33,258 bases of DNA. Source: Chiloscyllium plagiosum (Eukaryota). Both the position numbers and the translations under genes were made by a program. Positions 24,394 to 33,082 of this stretch are shown here, one piece after another (the stretch's first letter is position 1; the number at the start of each line of letters is the position of its first letter). The stretch spans positions 1 through 33,258 of the forward strand of contig NW_025213460.1 of the NCBI RefSeq assembly GCF_004010195.1, read 5' to 3'. The notes beneath the pieces were generated by a model. It had not been told where the DNA came from, searched no databases, and worked only from the letters and a program-made list of their open reading frames with translations.

Positions 24394-24599
24394 AGCTGAA
24401 AATGTGTTGCTGGAAAAGCGCAGCAGGTCAGGCAGCATCCAGGGAACAGGAGAATCGACGTTTCGGGCATAAGCCCTTTTTCAGGAATCGTCCGAAACGT
24501 CGATTCTCCTGTTCCCTGGATGCTGCCTGACCTGCTGCGCTTTTCCAGCAACACATTTTCAGCTCTGATCTCCAGCATCTGCAGTCCTCACTTTCTCCT
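24394..24599. mobile_element. Fold-back PLE-tail mini-insertion 1 (perfect 76-bp inverted repeat) with a 14-bp TSD
   Basis: Arms 24391-24466 and 24492-24567 are exact reverse complements and match the PLE tail at 13385-13480; TSD CAGTATGTAGACAG (24380-24393) / CAGTATGTCGACAG (24600-24613). Confidence 0.93.
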
Positions 24600-24765
24600 C
24601 AGTATGTCGACAGGCCAACAAGGGGCTGGATTTGGTACTGGGTAATGAACCAGGTATTAGATATGGAGCACTTTGGTGATAGTGACCACAATTTGGTTAT
24701 GTTTACAATAGCAATGAGCAGGGATAGGTATATACCGCAGGGGAAGGGGTATAACTGGGGGAAAG

Positions 24766-24951
24766 TGAGGACTGCAGATGCTGGGGATCAGAGCTGAAAA
24801 ATGTGTTGCTGGAAAAGCGCAGCAGGTCAGGCAGCATCCGAGGAGCAGGAGAATCGATGTTTCCTGAAGAAGGGCTTATGCCCGAAACGTCGATTCTCCT
24901 GTTCCTTGGATGCTGCCTGACCTGCTGCGCTTTTCCAGCAACACATTTTTC
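24766..24951. mobile_element. Fold-back PLE-tail mini-insertion 2 (68-bp inverted repeat, 3 mismatches) with a perfect 15-bp TSD
   Basis: Arms 24796-24863 and 24884-24951; TSD ATAACTGGGGGAAAG at 24751-24765 and 24952-24966. Confidence 0.93.
24864..24891 (+). ncRNA. Minimal type I hammerhead ribozyme motif (PLE type) with intact core
   Basis: CTGAAGA-A-GGGC-TTAT-GCCC-GAAA-C-GTC: CUGANGA and GAAA boxes, 4-bp stem II, palindromic ACGT in place of stem III, GUC cleavage triplet. Confidence 0.8.
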
Positions 24952-26387
24952 ATAACTGGGGGAAAGACAATTATGATGCGATTAGGCAAGATTTAGGATG
25001 TATAGGATGGGGAAGGAAACTGCAGGGGATGGGCACAATTGAAATGTGGAGTTTATTCAAGGAACAGCTTCTGCAGGTCCTTGATAAGTATGTACCCGTC
25101 AGATAGGGGGGTAGTTGTCGAGAGAGGGAGCCATGGTTTACGAAGGAAGTGGAATCTCTGGTAAAGAGGAAGAAGAAGGCTTATGTTAGGGTGAGATGTG
25201 AAGGCTTAGGGCGCTTGAGGGTTACAAGGTAGCCAGGAAAGACCGAAAGAGAGAGCTCAGGACAGCCAGGAGGGGACATGAGAAGTTGTTGGTGGATAGG
25301 ATCAAGGAAAACCCAAAAGCTTTCTATCGGTATATCAGGAATAAAAGAATGACTAGAGTAAGATTAGGGCCAAACAAACATAGTAGTAGGAATCTGAGGA
25401 CAGAGGGGAAGTACTTAATGAATAGTTTTCGTCAGGATTCACATTGGAAAAGGGGAATGTTAGTGACAATACGGAGATCCACGTGGCAAGATCAGATGGG
25501 ATTGGGGTTGACAAAGAGGAAGTGCTAGCAAGTTTGGAAGGTCTGAAAATAGATAAGTCCCCTGGGCCAGATGAGATTTATCCGAGGATTCTGTGGGACG
25601 TCAGGGAGGAGATTGCAGAGCCTTTGGCTTTGATCTTTATGCCGTCATTGTCTACAGGAATAGTGCCAGAAGACTGGAGGATAACAAATGTTATCCCCTT
25701 GTTCAAGAAGGGGAGTAGAGACAATCCTGGTAATTATAGACCAGTGAGCCTTACTTCAGTTTTGGGTAAAGGTTATAAGGGATAGGATTTATAATCATCT
25801 AAAGAGGAATCAGTTGATTAGGGATAGTCAACGTGGTATGTGAAGGGTAGGTCGTGCCTTACTAACCTTATTGAGCTCTATGAGAAAGTGACCAAACAGG
25901 TGGATGAGGGTAAAGCGGTTGATATAGTGTATATGGACTTCAGTAAGGTGTTTGATAGGATTCCCCATGGTAGGCTATTGCACAAAACACAGAGGCATGT
26001 GATTGAGGGTGGTTTAGTGGTTTGGATCAGAAATTGGCTAGCTGAAAGAAGACAGAGGGTGGTGGTTGATGGGAAATGTTCATCCTGGAGTTCACTTACT
26101 AGTGGTATACCACAAGAATCTGTTTTGGGGCCACTTCTATTTGTAATTTTTATAAATGACCTAGATAAGGGCATAGAAGGATAGGTTAGTAAATTTGTGG
26201 ATGACACTAAGTTCGGTGGAGTTGTGGATATTGCTGAAGGATGTTGTAGGATATAAAGAGACGTAGATAAGCTGCAGAGCTGGGCTGAGAGGTGGCAAAT
26301 GGAATTTAATGTGGAAAAGTGTGAGGTGATTCACTTTGGAAGGAGTAACAGGAATAAAGAGTACTGGGCTAATGGTAAGGTTCTTGG

Positions 26388-27015
26388 NNNNNNNNNNNNN
26401 NNNNNNNNNNNNNNNNNNNNNNNNNNNNNNNNNNNNNNNNNNNNNNNNNNNNNNNNNNNNNNNNNNNNNNNNNNNNNNNNNNNNNNNNNNNNNNNNNNNN
26501 NNNNNNNNNNNNNNNNNNNNNNNNNNNNNNNNNNNNNNNNNNNNNNNNNNNNNNNNNNNNNNNNNNNNNNNNNNNNNNNNNNNNNNNNNNNNNNNNNNNN
26601 NNNNNNNNNNNNNNNNNNNNNNNNNNNNNNNNNNNNNNNNNNNNNNNNNNNNNNNNNNNNNNNNNNNNNNNNNNNNNNNNNNNNNNNNNNNNNNNNNNNN
26701 NNNNNNNNNNNNNNNNNNNNNNNNNNNNNNNNNNNNNNNNNNNNNNNNNNNNNNNNNNNNNNNNNNNNNNNNNNNNNNNNNNNNNNNNNNNNNNNNNNNN
26801 NNNNNNNNNNNNNNNNNNNNNNNNNNNNNNNNNNNNNNNNNNNNNNNNNNNNNNNNNNNNNNNNNNNNNNNNNNNNNNNNNNNNNNNNNNNNNNNNNNNN
26901 NNNNNNNNNNNNNNNNNNNNNNNNNNNNNNNNNNNNNNNNNNNNNNNNNNNNNNNNNNNNNNNNNNNNNNNNNNNNNNNNNNNNNNNNNNNNNNNNNNNN
27001 NNNNNNNNNNNNNNN
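26388..27015. other. Assembly gap (628 N)
   Basis: Run of n. Confidence 1.
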
Positions 27016-27190
27016 CCCACCGACGCTCAGTAGCAGCAGTGTGTACCAGCTACAAGATACACTGCAGAAACTCCCCAAAGACCCTCAGGCAGCACCTTCC
27101 AAACCCACGGCCACTTCCATCCAGAAGGACAAGGGGCAGCAGGTACATGGGAATCCCACCCCCTGCAAGTTCCCCTCCGGGCCACGCTGA
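27016..27190 (+). mobile_element. ORF2 C-terminal fragment of a CR1-group LINE (probably the family at 22183-22498)
   Basis: Translates HRRSVAAVCTSYKIHCRNSPKTLRQHLPNPRPLPSRRTRG, recalled as a shark LINE C-terminus; not database-checked. Confidence 0.65.
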
Positions 27191-27315
27191 CCCCTCCAGC
27201 TAACCGTCCCGCTCAATGAGACCGAGCCTGAAATCCCTTCCACCCTCTGTGTGAATCTGAACTCAACAAATTGTTGCAGATCGCAGTGGGTCAGACCCAG
27301 CATCCGCTGACACGC

Positions 27316-27345
27316 AGAGAGAGAGAGAGAGCGCGAGGGAGAGAC
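27316..27345 (+). repeat. (GA)n microsatellite
   Basis: CAGAGAGAGAGAGAGAGCGCGAGGGAGAGA. Confidence 0.8.
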
Positions 27346-27364
27346 AGCGAGCTAACATTCTGAG

Positions 27365-27460
27365 TCTGGATGAGGGAGGGTCACGGGGCGTGAATCCTTA
27401 AGTCTGCTTTCCCTCTCTGTGCAGATGCTGCCTGGCCCACTGAGAGCTTTTCCCCACAAA
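27365..27460 (+). mobile_element. Very decayed PLE tail remnant
   Basis: GGGTCACGGGGCGTGAATCCTTAAGTCTGCTTTCCCTCTCTGTGCAGATGCTGCCTGGCCCACTGAG resembles the reverse complement of 32521-32612. Confidence 0.55.
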
Positions 27461-27780
27461 CCTGGGCGTCCATCCGAAAGCTGGAGACTCGGTGAATTAA
27501 GGCCAAGCGTGATTGCGGTTGCAAATGTTGGGAGCCCCCTGACAATGCTGACGGCGTTCGTGGGGAGGGGGTTGAGGGTGTCTGATCTCTCTCACTGACC
27601 CAGAGCGGGGGGGGACCGGACTGGGCAGAGGTTCCTGCTCGGCCTGTCACAGTGAAGGTGAGGTAGCACTGCTGTTTGCTGACTCTCATTCAATCCGTGG
27701 CACGCTGAATTGCAGCCAGCGTTTCACCAGGTGGATTGCAAAGTTGGACGCTTCGAAATATTTTTCTGCCTGAATCAGAT

Positions 27781-28676
27781 AATCCCTACAACAGTGTGGA
27801 AACAGGCCAGTCAGCCCATTGAGTGCACACTGTCCCTTTCAAAGAGGATCCCACCCACACCCACACTTCCTCTCCCCCTGACTCTATCCCTGTAACTCTG
27901 CATTTCCAAGAGCCAATCCAACCTATCCTACACATCCCTGGGCACTATGGGACAATTTCCCATGGCCAATCCACCCTAACCTGCACATCCCTGGGCACTA
28001 TGGGACAATTTCCCACGGCCAATCCACCCTAACCTGCACATCCCTGGGCACTATGGGACAATTTCCCATGGCCAATCCACCCTAACCTGCACATCCCTGG
28101 GCACTATGGGACAATTCCCCATGGCCAATCCACCCTAACCTGCACATCCCTGGGCACTATGGGACAATTCCCCATGGCCAATCCACCCTAACCTGCACAT
28201 CCCTGGGCACTATGGGACAATTCCCCATGGCCAATCCACCCTAACCTGCACATCCCTGGGCACTATGGGACAATTCCCCATGGCCAATCCACCCTAACCT
28301 GCACATCCCTGGGCACTATGGGACAATTCCCCATGGCCAATCCACCCTAACCTGCACATCCCTGGGCACTATGGGACAATTCCCCATGGCCAATCCAACC
28401 TATCCTACACATCCCTGGGCACTATGGGACAATTTCCCATGGCCAATCCACCCTAACCTGCACATCCCTGGGCACTATGGGACAATTTCCCACGGCCAAT
28501 CCACCCTAACCTGCACATCTTTGGACTGTGGGAGGAAACCGGAGCACCCGGAGGAAACCCCACGCAGACTTGCGGAGAATGTGCAACTCCACGCAGACAG
28601 TCGCTCGAGGGTGGGATCGAGTCCGGATCCCTGGCGCTTGGAGGTAGCAGTGCTAACCACTGAGGCATGGTGCCAT
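27781..28676 (-). mobile_element. HE1-type SINE containing an expanded internal minisatellite
   Basis: Head TGGCACCATGCCTCAGTGGTTAGCACTGCT (minus strand, from 28676), V-domain at ~28515-28565 and tail CAGTGTGGAAACAGGCC at ~27792-27808. Confidence 0.92.
27931..28519 (+). repeat. 53-bp minisatellite, 11 near-identical copies
   Basis: CACATCCCTGGGCACTATGGGACAATT(T/C)CCCATGGCCAATCCACCCTAACCTG starts at 27931, 27984, 28037, 28090, 28143, 28196, 28249, 28302, 28355, 28408 and 28461. Confidence 0.98.
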
Positions 28677-29387
28677 TATATTTCTGAGTTCTGGGTCATT
28701 TTTGTGTTTTAAGAGCAGGCTGGAGGATGGAAATGCTGAACAACAGTGTTCACTGAACTTTGTCACCAAAGTACACATGACAATCAATAAATAAATCGAA
28801 TCACTGAGGTCAAACTCCGACACGGTGCCGCTCAGTGTCAACAGCTGGCCCCTTGCCCACTTGGCCAAGACCCAGCGCCGTCCCTTCCAACTGACCTTCA
28901 CCCGACACGGTATCAGTGCTACCCTGGAGAACCTTCCCCCCTCGCTCCCCTCCCTCTCCAAAACCGCTGCCGATGGAGGGTGGAGAAGGGAGGGGAGCTG
29001 GTGAACACACTTCGTCTCTGACCCAACAGCGGCAAGGAGGCAGAAGAAGTTTGAGACCAGCTCTTGTTGTATTGATCATATAAATCTTAAGATACAATGT
29101 ATATCGCACGGTTTAAATACAGACTCCCCATCCCCTCGCGGATTTGTAACAGATAGGACACGGTGTGGCCGGGATGACATGGCATTATTGGATCAGTTCT
29201 CTGGGAGTCCAGAGCCAGGCCTTTCCCGGCCTATGTCAGGCTGTCCTCTCCCCTCCTCCCACACAGGATCCCTCCCCACCTCCCCGATACTCAGAGGTTA
29301 CTGGTGCAGAGGAGAAAGGTCAAGGGAAGCCTCCACATGAACGTACACACACACGCACACAGGTCTAGTAGTTGCCATGGAGATAGA

Positions 29388-29626
29388 CAGGCCTGGTACT
29401 GCCCTGTTCAGGCCTGGCTGCACCCTTCAGGCCTGGCTACCACTTTCAGGCCTGGCTACCATCTTCAGGCCTGGCTACCCTCTTCAGGCCTGGCTACACT
29501 CTTCAGGCCTGGCTACCATGTTCAGGCCTGGCTACCATGTTCAGGCCTGGCTACACTCTTCAGGCCTGGCTACCAGGTTCAGGCCTGGCTATACTCTTCA
29601 GGCCTGGCTACCAGGTTCAGGCCCGG
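29388..29626 (+). repeat. 19-bp minisatellite (~12 copies) CAGGCCTGGCTACNNNNTT, overlapping the stop codon and 3' UTR
   Basis: Direct reading of consecutive units; each contains the palindrome CAGGCCTG. Confidence 0.96.
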
Positions 29627-29981
29627 TGCTGTCCCTCAGCCCAAGCTCTCCCCCCAAGTCGATGGCGTTGTCCCGGATGAGTTTGGCCCTGGCCCCCCCG
29701 GTGGATCTCCCCGGGCCGATGGGCTTGTAGACGAAGTGGTAGCAGCCAGAGGCCTCCTGGGCCTGCAGACCGGCCTTGAGTTGCTGCGGGTGAGAGTCAA
29801 GGGGCAGCAGGCGCCAGTCGTCGTCCACCACCAGGAACAGGCCGTGCTCGGCGGGTCTCCGCACCTTGAACTTCTGGGCGCAGAGTTGGCACACGTCCTC
29901 CACCGTCTCCCGGGGCCTCACCACCAGTGTCTTGGCCGTGCAGCCATTGTCCGGGTCGTGGTAAGCCACGCGCAGGAAGTT
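29598..29981 (-). CDS. RIN1/RIN2: Last coding exon of a Ras and Rab interactor (RIN family) gene, encoding the Ras-association (RA) domain
   Basis: NFLRVAYHDPDNGCTAKTLVVRPRETVEDVCQLCAQKFKV...GLFLVVDDDW...HP...HFVYKPI matches the recalled RIN2 RA domain (NYLRVAF..GCTGKTLLVRP..EDVCQICAEKFKV..HFVYKRI), with a RIN1-like RVAYxDP. Strong acceptor CCTTCTCTTCCTCTCCTCAG ends at 29982, phase 0; TGA at 29600-29598. The paralog is unresolved. Confidence 0.92.
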   Translation of the reverse strand, partial: NFLRVAYHDPDNGCTAKTLVVRPRETVEDVCQLCAQKFKVRRPAEHGLFLVVDDDWRLLPLDSHPQQLKAGLQAQEASGCYHFVYKPIGPGRSTGGARAKLIRDNAIDLGGELGLRDSTGPEPGSQA

Positions 29982-30127
29982 CTGAGGAGAGGAAGAGAAG
30001 GCCGGGTTAGACCAGGAGCCGCCACCATAGCAATCATCACCACGGCAACTCGCACTCCCCAAAGGCCTGTCCACCATCGACAAGGCACGTGCGGGGAGGG
30101 CGATGGCCCCAGTGGTATTAACCTAAG

Positions 30128-30348
30128 TTCATAAGATATAGGAGCAGAACTAGGCCGTTCAGCCCATCGAGTCTGCTCCGCCATTTGATCAAGGCTGGTA
30201 CGCTCCTCACCCCCATTTCCCTACATTCACCCCATATCGCTTCAACCCATTGCCAATTAAACATCTGTCTGACTCCTCCTCAAACTTACTCACTGACCCA
30301 GCGTCCGCCGCACTTTGGGGCAGCCAATTTCCACAGATTCCCAACCTC
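30128..30348 (-). mobile_element. CR1 3'-end fragment (intronic)
   Basis: CATAAGATATAGGAGCAGAACTAGGCCGTTCAGCCCATCGAGTCTGCTCCGCCATT...AATTTCCACAGATTC; similar to 30510-30710. Confidence 0.85.
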
Positions 30349-30504
30349 AACTCAGTTTACGTTTACTAGCCCTTATCCTAAGGCCGTGACGTCTAGTTCA
30401 ATAATCCAGAGGGAGCCAGCACACATCTGGGGAGGTGATAGAAGAAGTAACAAGACAATTTCTCACTCAATGGGTTTGCAAGCTCAGAGGAACAGCGAGA
30501 TCCA

Positions 30505-31270
30505 TCAGACACACAGGAGCAGAAATCAGGCCATTCGGCCCATGGAATCTGCTCTGCCATTCCATCATGGCTGATATTTTCTCAACCCCATTCTCCAGTT
30601 TCTCTCTGTAACCCTTGATTCTCAAGAGCCTAACTATCTCCGTATTAAATATACTCCATGACCCGGCCTCCCCAGCCTTCTGTGGCAGTGAATTCCCTAG
30701 ATTCCCCACTCTCTGGCTGAAGAAGTTTATCCTTATCTCCGTTCTCCCCCTACTCTAAGGTTGTGCCCTTGGGTCCTAGCCTCTCCTACCAAAGGAAACA
30801 TCTTCCCAACATCTACTCTGTCCAAGCCATTCCGTATTCTATATGTTTCAATTAGATTAGATAAGATTCCCTATAGTGTGGAAACAGGCCCTTCGGCCCA
30901 ACAAGTCCACACCGACCCTCCGAAGAGTCACCCACCCAGACCCACTCCCTTTATTTACCCCTGACTAACACTATCGGGCAATTTCCCACGGCCAATCCAC
31001 CCTGACCTGCACATCTTTGGACTGTGGGAGGAAACTGGAGCACCCGGAGGAAACTCACGCAGACACGGGGAGAACGTGCAAACCCCACACAGTCAGACAG
31101 TCGCCTGAGGGTGGGATCGAACCCGGGTTCCTGGCGCTGTGAGGCAGCAGTGCTAACCACTGAGTCCCTCGTGCCACCCCTCATCCTGCGAAACTCCACC
31201 GAGTACAAACCCAGAGTCCTGAAATGTTCCTCGTTAAGTCTCTCATTCCTGGGACCTGTCTTGTGAACCT
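30505..31270 (-). mobile_element. CR1 3' fragment interrupted by an HE1 SINE
   Basis: AGGAGCAGAAATCAGGCCATTCGGCCCAT 3' end; the minus-strand reading FRTLGLYSVEFRRMRG continues across the SINE junction. Confidence 0.87.
30851..31180 (-). mobile_element. Full-length HE1-type SINE
   Basis: Minus strand: A-box-like GACTCAGTGG, B box GGTTCGATCCC, V-domain, tail GGGCCGAAGGGCCTGTTTCCACACTATAGGGAATC followed by (TCTAA)n. Confidence 0.93.
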
Positions 31271-31271
31271 T

Positions 31272-31921
31272 CAGGGATTTGGGATGCTTGTCCACAGATC
31301 CCTGACAGCAGCTGGACAGGTTAGTAGTGTAGTTAAGAAGGTGTGTGCCTTTATCAGCCTTGGCACAGACTGGAAGAGCAGGGAGGTTATGTCAGAGCTG
31401 TCCAGGCCTTTGGAGAGGCCTCAGCTGGAGGACAGTGTGCAGTTCCAGTCTCTGCTCTACAGGAGGGCGGGGGGATGCAGAGGGAGATTCACCAGGATAC
31501 TGCCCAGGATGGAGCAGTTCAGTGACAGAGAGAGGCTGGGTCAGCTCGGGCTGTTCCCCTTAGAGCAGGGAAGGCTGAGGGGGTTTCCTGAGAGAGGGGT
31601 ATAAGATTATGAGGGGCATGGGCTGGGTGGACAGGAAGCTGCTGTTCCCCTCAGTTAAAGGGTCAGTTATGGGGGCAGGGTGGGACATCATTTTAAGGTG
31701 AAAGGCAGGAGGTGCAGGGAGGATTTGAGGAAAGGTTGTTTCACCCAGAGGGTGGGGGGGGGGGTGCAATGCTCTGCCTGGGAGGAGGGGAAACTTTTAA
31801 AAAGGACTCGGATGAGCTCTGGAGATGTCTGAACATTCATAGCCATGGGTGTGGTGCAGGAAAGTGACCAGTTTATAGTACCTTAATGGATACAGACCCG
31901 ATGGGCAGAAAGGTCTGTTTT
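31272..31921 (+). mobile_element. Decayed CR1 ORF2 3' fragment
   Basis: LGMLVHRSL...RPQLEDSVQF...RFTRILPRMEQFSDRERLGQLGLFPLEQGRLRG; 3' end GATGGGCAGAAAGGTCTGTTT. Confidence 0.87.
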
Positions 31922-32258
31922 CATTCATTCACAGGATGAGGGTATCGCTGTCTAGTCCTAGCATGTATTGCCCATCCCTAATTACCCAGGGGGCAGTTAA
32001 GAGTCAACCCCATCACAGTGGATCTGGAGTCACGTTAGGCCCAGACCAGGTAACGATGGCAGTTCCCTTCCCTGAAGCATATTAGTGATCCAGATGGATC
32101 AGATTGTCACAATGATTGGCAATGGATTGATGGTCATCATGAGACTCAATTCCAGATTATTATTGAATTGGAATTGTACCATCTCCTCTGCCACGATTCG
32201 ATCCTGGGTCTCTGGATTAACAGTCCAGTGATAATACCACGAGGAAATCACCTCTCCC
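31921..32258 (-). mobile_element. Second-family tRNA-like SINE
   Basis: Minus strand begins GGGAGAGGTGATTTCCTCGTGGTATTATCACTGGACTGTTAATCCAGAGACCCAGGATCGAATC (A/B-box-like) and ends AATTAGGGATGGGCAATACATGCT...CATCCTGTGAATGAATG; homologous to 20840-20993. Confidence 0.8.
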
Positions 32259-32520
32259 ATTGCTGCTTTGTACAAACAGAGATGTGGGGGTGGGAAGGGG
32301 GGAAGGGGGGAGGGGGGGGATTTCTTTGACAGAGTCTGGACCTAAATCTCGTTAAACATTAAATCTCATTAAAACACACAAAGCAGAATGACTGACGAAT
32401 TGTTCTTCTGCTAAAACACATCACAAAACACAAATATTTGCGACAAAGAACTGAACTGTGAAAGATTCAGCACACAGTGTGTAGAGCAAGCACCACAATC
32501 AGCAGGGGAGATTAAACAGG

Positions 32521-32615
32521 AACAGAAGTTGCTGGAGAAGCTCGGCAGGTCTGGCAGCGTCTGCAGAGAGAAATCAGAGTGAACGTTTCGGGGTCCGGTG
32601 ACCTTTCCTCAGAGA
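32521..32615 (-). mobile_element. PLE tail fragment with a hammerhead motif
   Basis: Minus strand CTGAGGA-AA-GGTC-ACCG-GACC-CC-GAAA-CGTTC followed by GCTGCCAGACCTGCCGAGCTTCTCCAGCAAC, similar to the tail at 24513-24553. Confidence 0.8.
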
Positions 32616-32786
32616 ATGTATCTCTGGTGACACACGGCACTGAGTGTTGATCACCTGCAGAGACTTATTATTCAGTCTGTCATCACTCCACTCACACCAT
32701 TGGTACTATCTTTTGACACTTTTAACAACGTGGAATTATGTTTCAATTATCTCTCCACATATAAATTTAGTGCAGCTTGCTTTTCT

Positions 32787-32890
32787 CCACTTCATGGAGC
32801 AGCACTCTGAAAGCTTGTGATTTCAAATAAATCAGTTAGACCTGATGTCTTATGACTTCTGACTCTGTCCACCCAGGTCACTCCATCACA
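32787..32890 (+). mobile_element. Decayed tail of another PLE-derived family
   Basis: GGAGCAGCACTCTGAAAGCTTGTGATTTCAAATAAA retains a stem II plus GAAA-GCT remnant; the CUGANGA box is lost. Confidence 0.55.
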
Positions 32891-32959
32891 GCCAGAAAAA
32901 CAATGGTTCATTTAAACGTCACCAGATTCAAAGTCAAGTCATGTACAATTCTGTATATC

Positions 32960-33082
32960 CCTATTCCCTCATCGCCACTGGGTCAAAATCTTAAAACTTC
33001 ATCCCTAAAAACACAAATGCAATTAGAGATGGCTAATAAATGGTGGACATGACAGAAATGCCAACATCCCATGGATGTATCA
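32960..33082 (+). mobile_element. 3'-end remnant of a CR1-group LINE sharing its tail with the second SINE family
   Basis: CTGGGTCAAAATC...CCCTAA then GCAATTAGAGATGGCTAATAAATG...CATCCCATGGATGTAT, similar to the SINE tail at 31921-31990 (minus strand). Confidence 0.55.

Larger units (their letters stand above)
22500..26387 (+). mobile_element. Near full-length but inactivated CR1 LINE (5' UTR, ORF1, ORF2), cut by the assembly gap
   Basis: ORF1 and ORF2 motifs are in canonical order; multiple frameshifts and two nested insertions; the 5' boundary is approximate. Confidence 0.95.
23830..26387 (+). pseudogene. CR1 ORF2: APE endonuclease plus reverse transcriptase, disrupted
   Basis: [88 protein letters not shown]. 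Confidence 0.93.

Noticed and set aside
24394..24951. Classical DNA-transposon MITEs
   Set aside because: The arms derive from the PLE tail seen at 13385-13480, the inverted repeats are not symmetric at the termini, and the ends differ between the two copies.
26161..27190. Long ORFs of 229-305 aa
   Set aside because: Artefacts of translating through the N gap.
27931..28519. Telomeric or subtelomeric repeat (CCCTAA in each unit)
   Set aside because: Only one CCCTAA per 53-bp unit, and it is part of the normal SINE body.
28786..28795. Poly(A) signal AATAAATAAA for the RIN gene
   Set aside because: On the wrong strand for a minus-strand gene; I saw no canonical minus-strand AATAAA between the stop codon and the gap.
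29982..30083. N-terminal extension of the RIN ORF (MSMVDRPL...)
   Set aside because: Lies upstream of a strong splice acceptor and lacks RIN similarity; intronic.
29304..30134. 276-aa plus-strand ORF
   Set aside because: Antisense shadow of the GC-rich RIN exon plus the stop-poor strand of the minisatellite.
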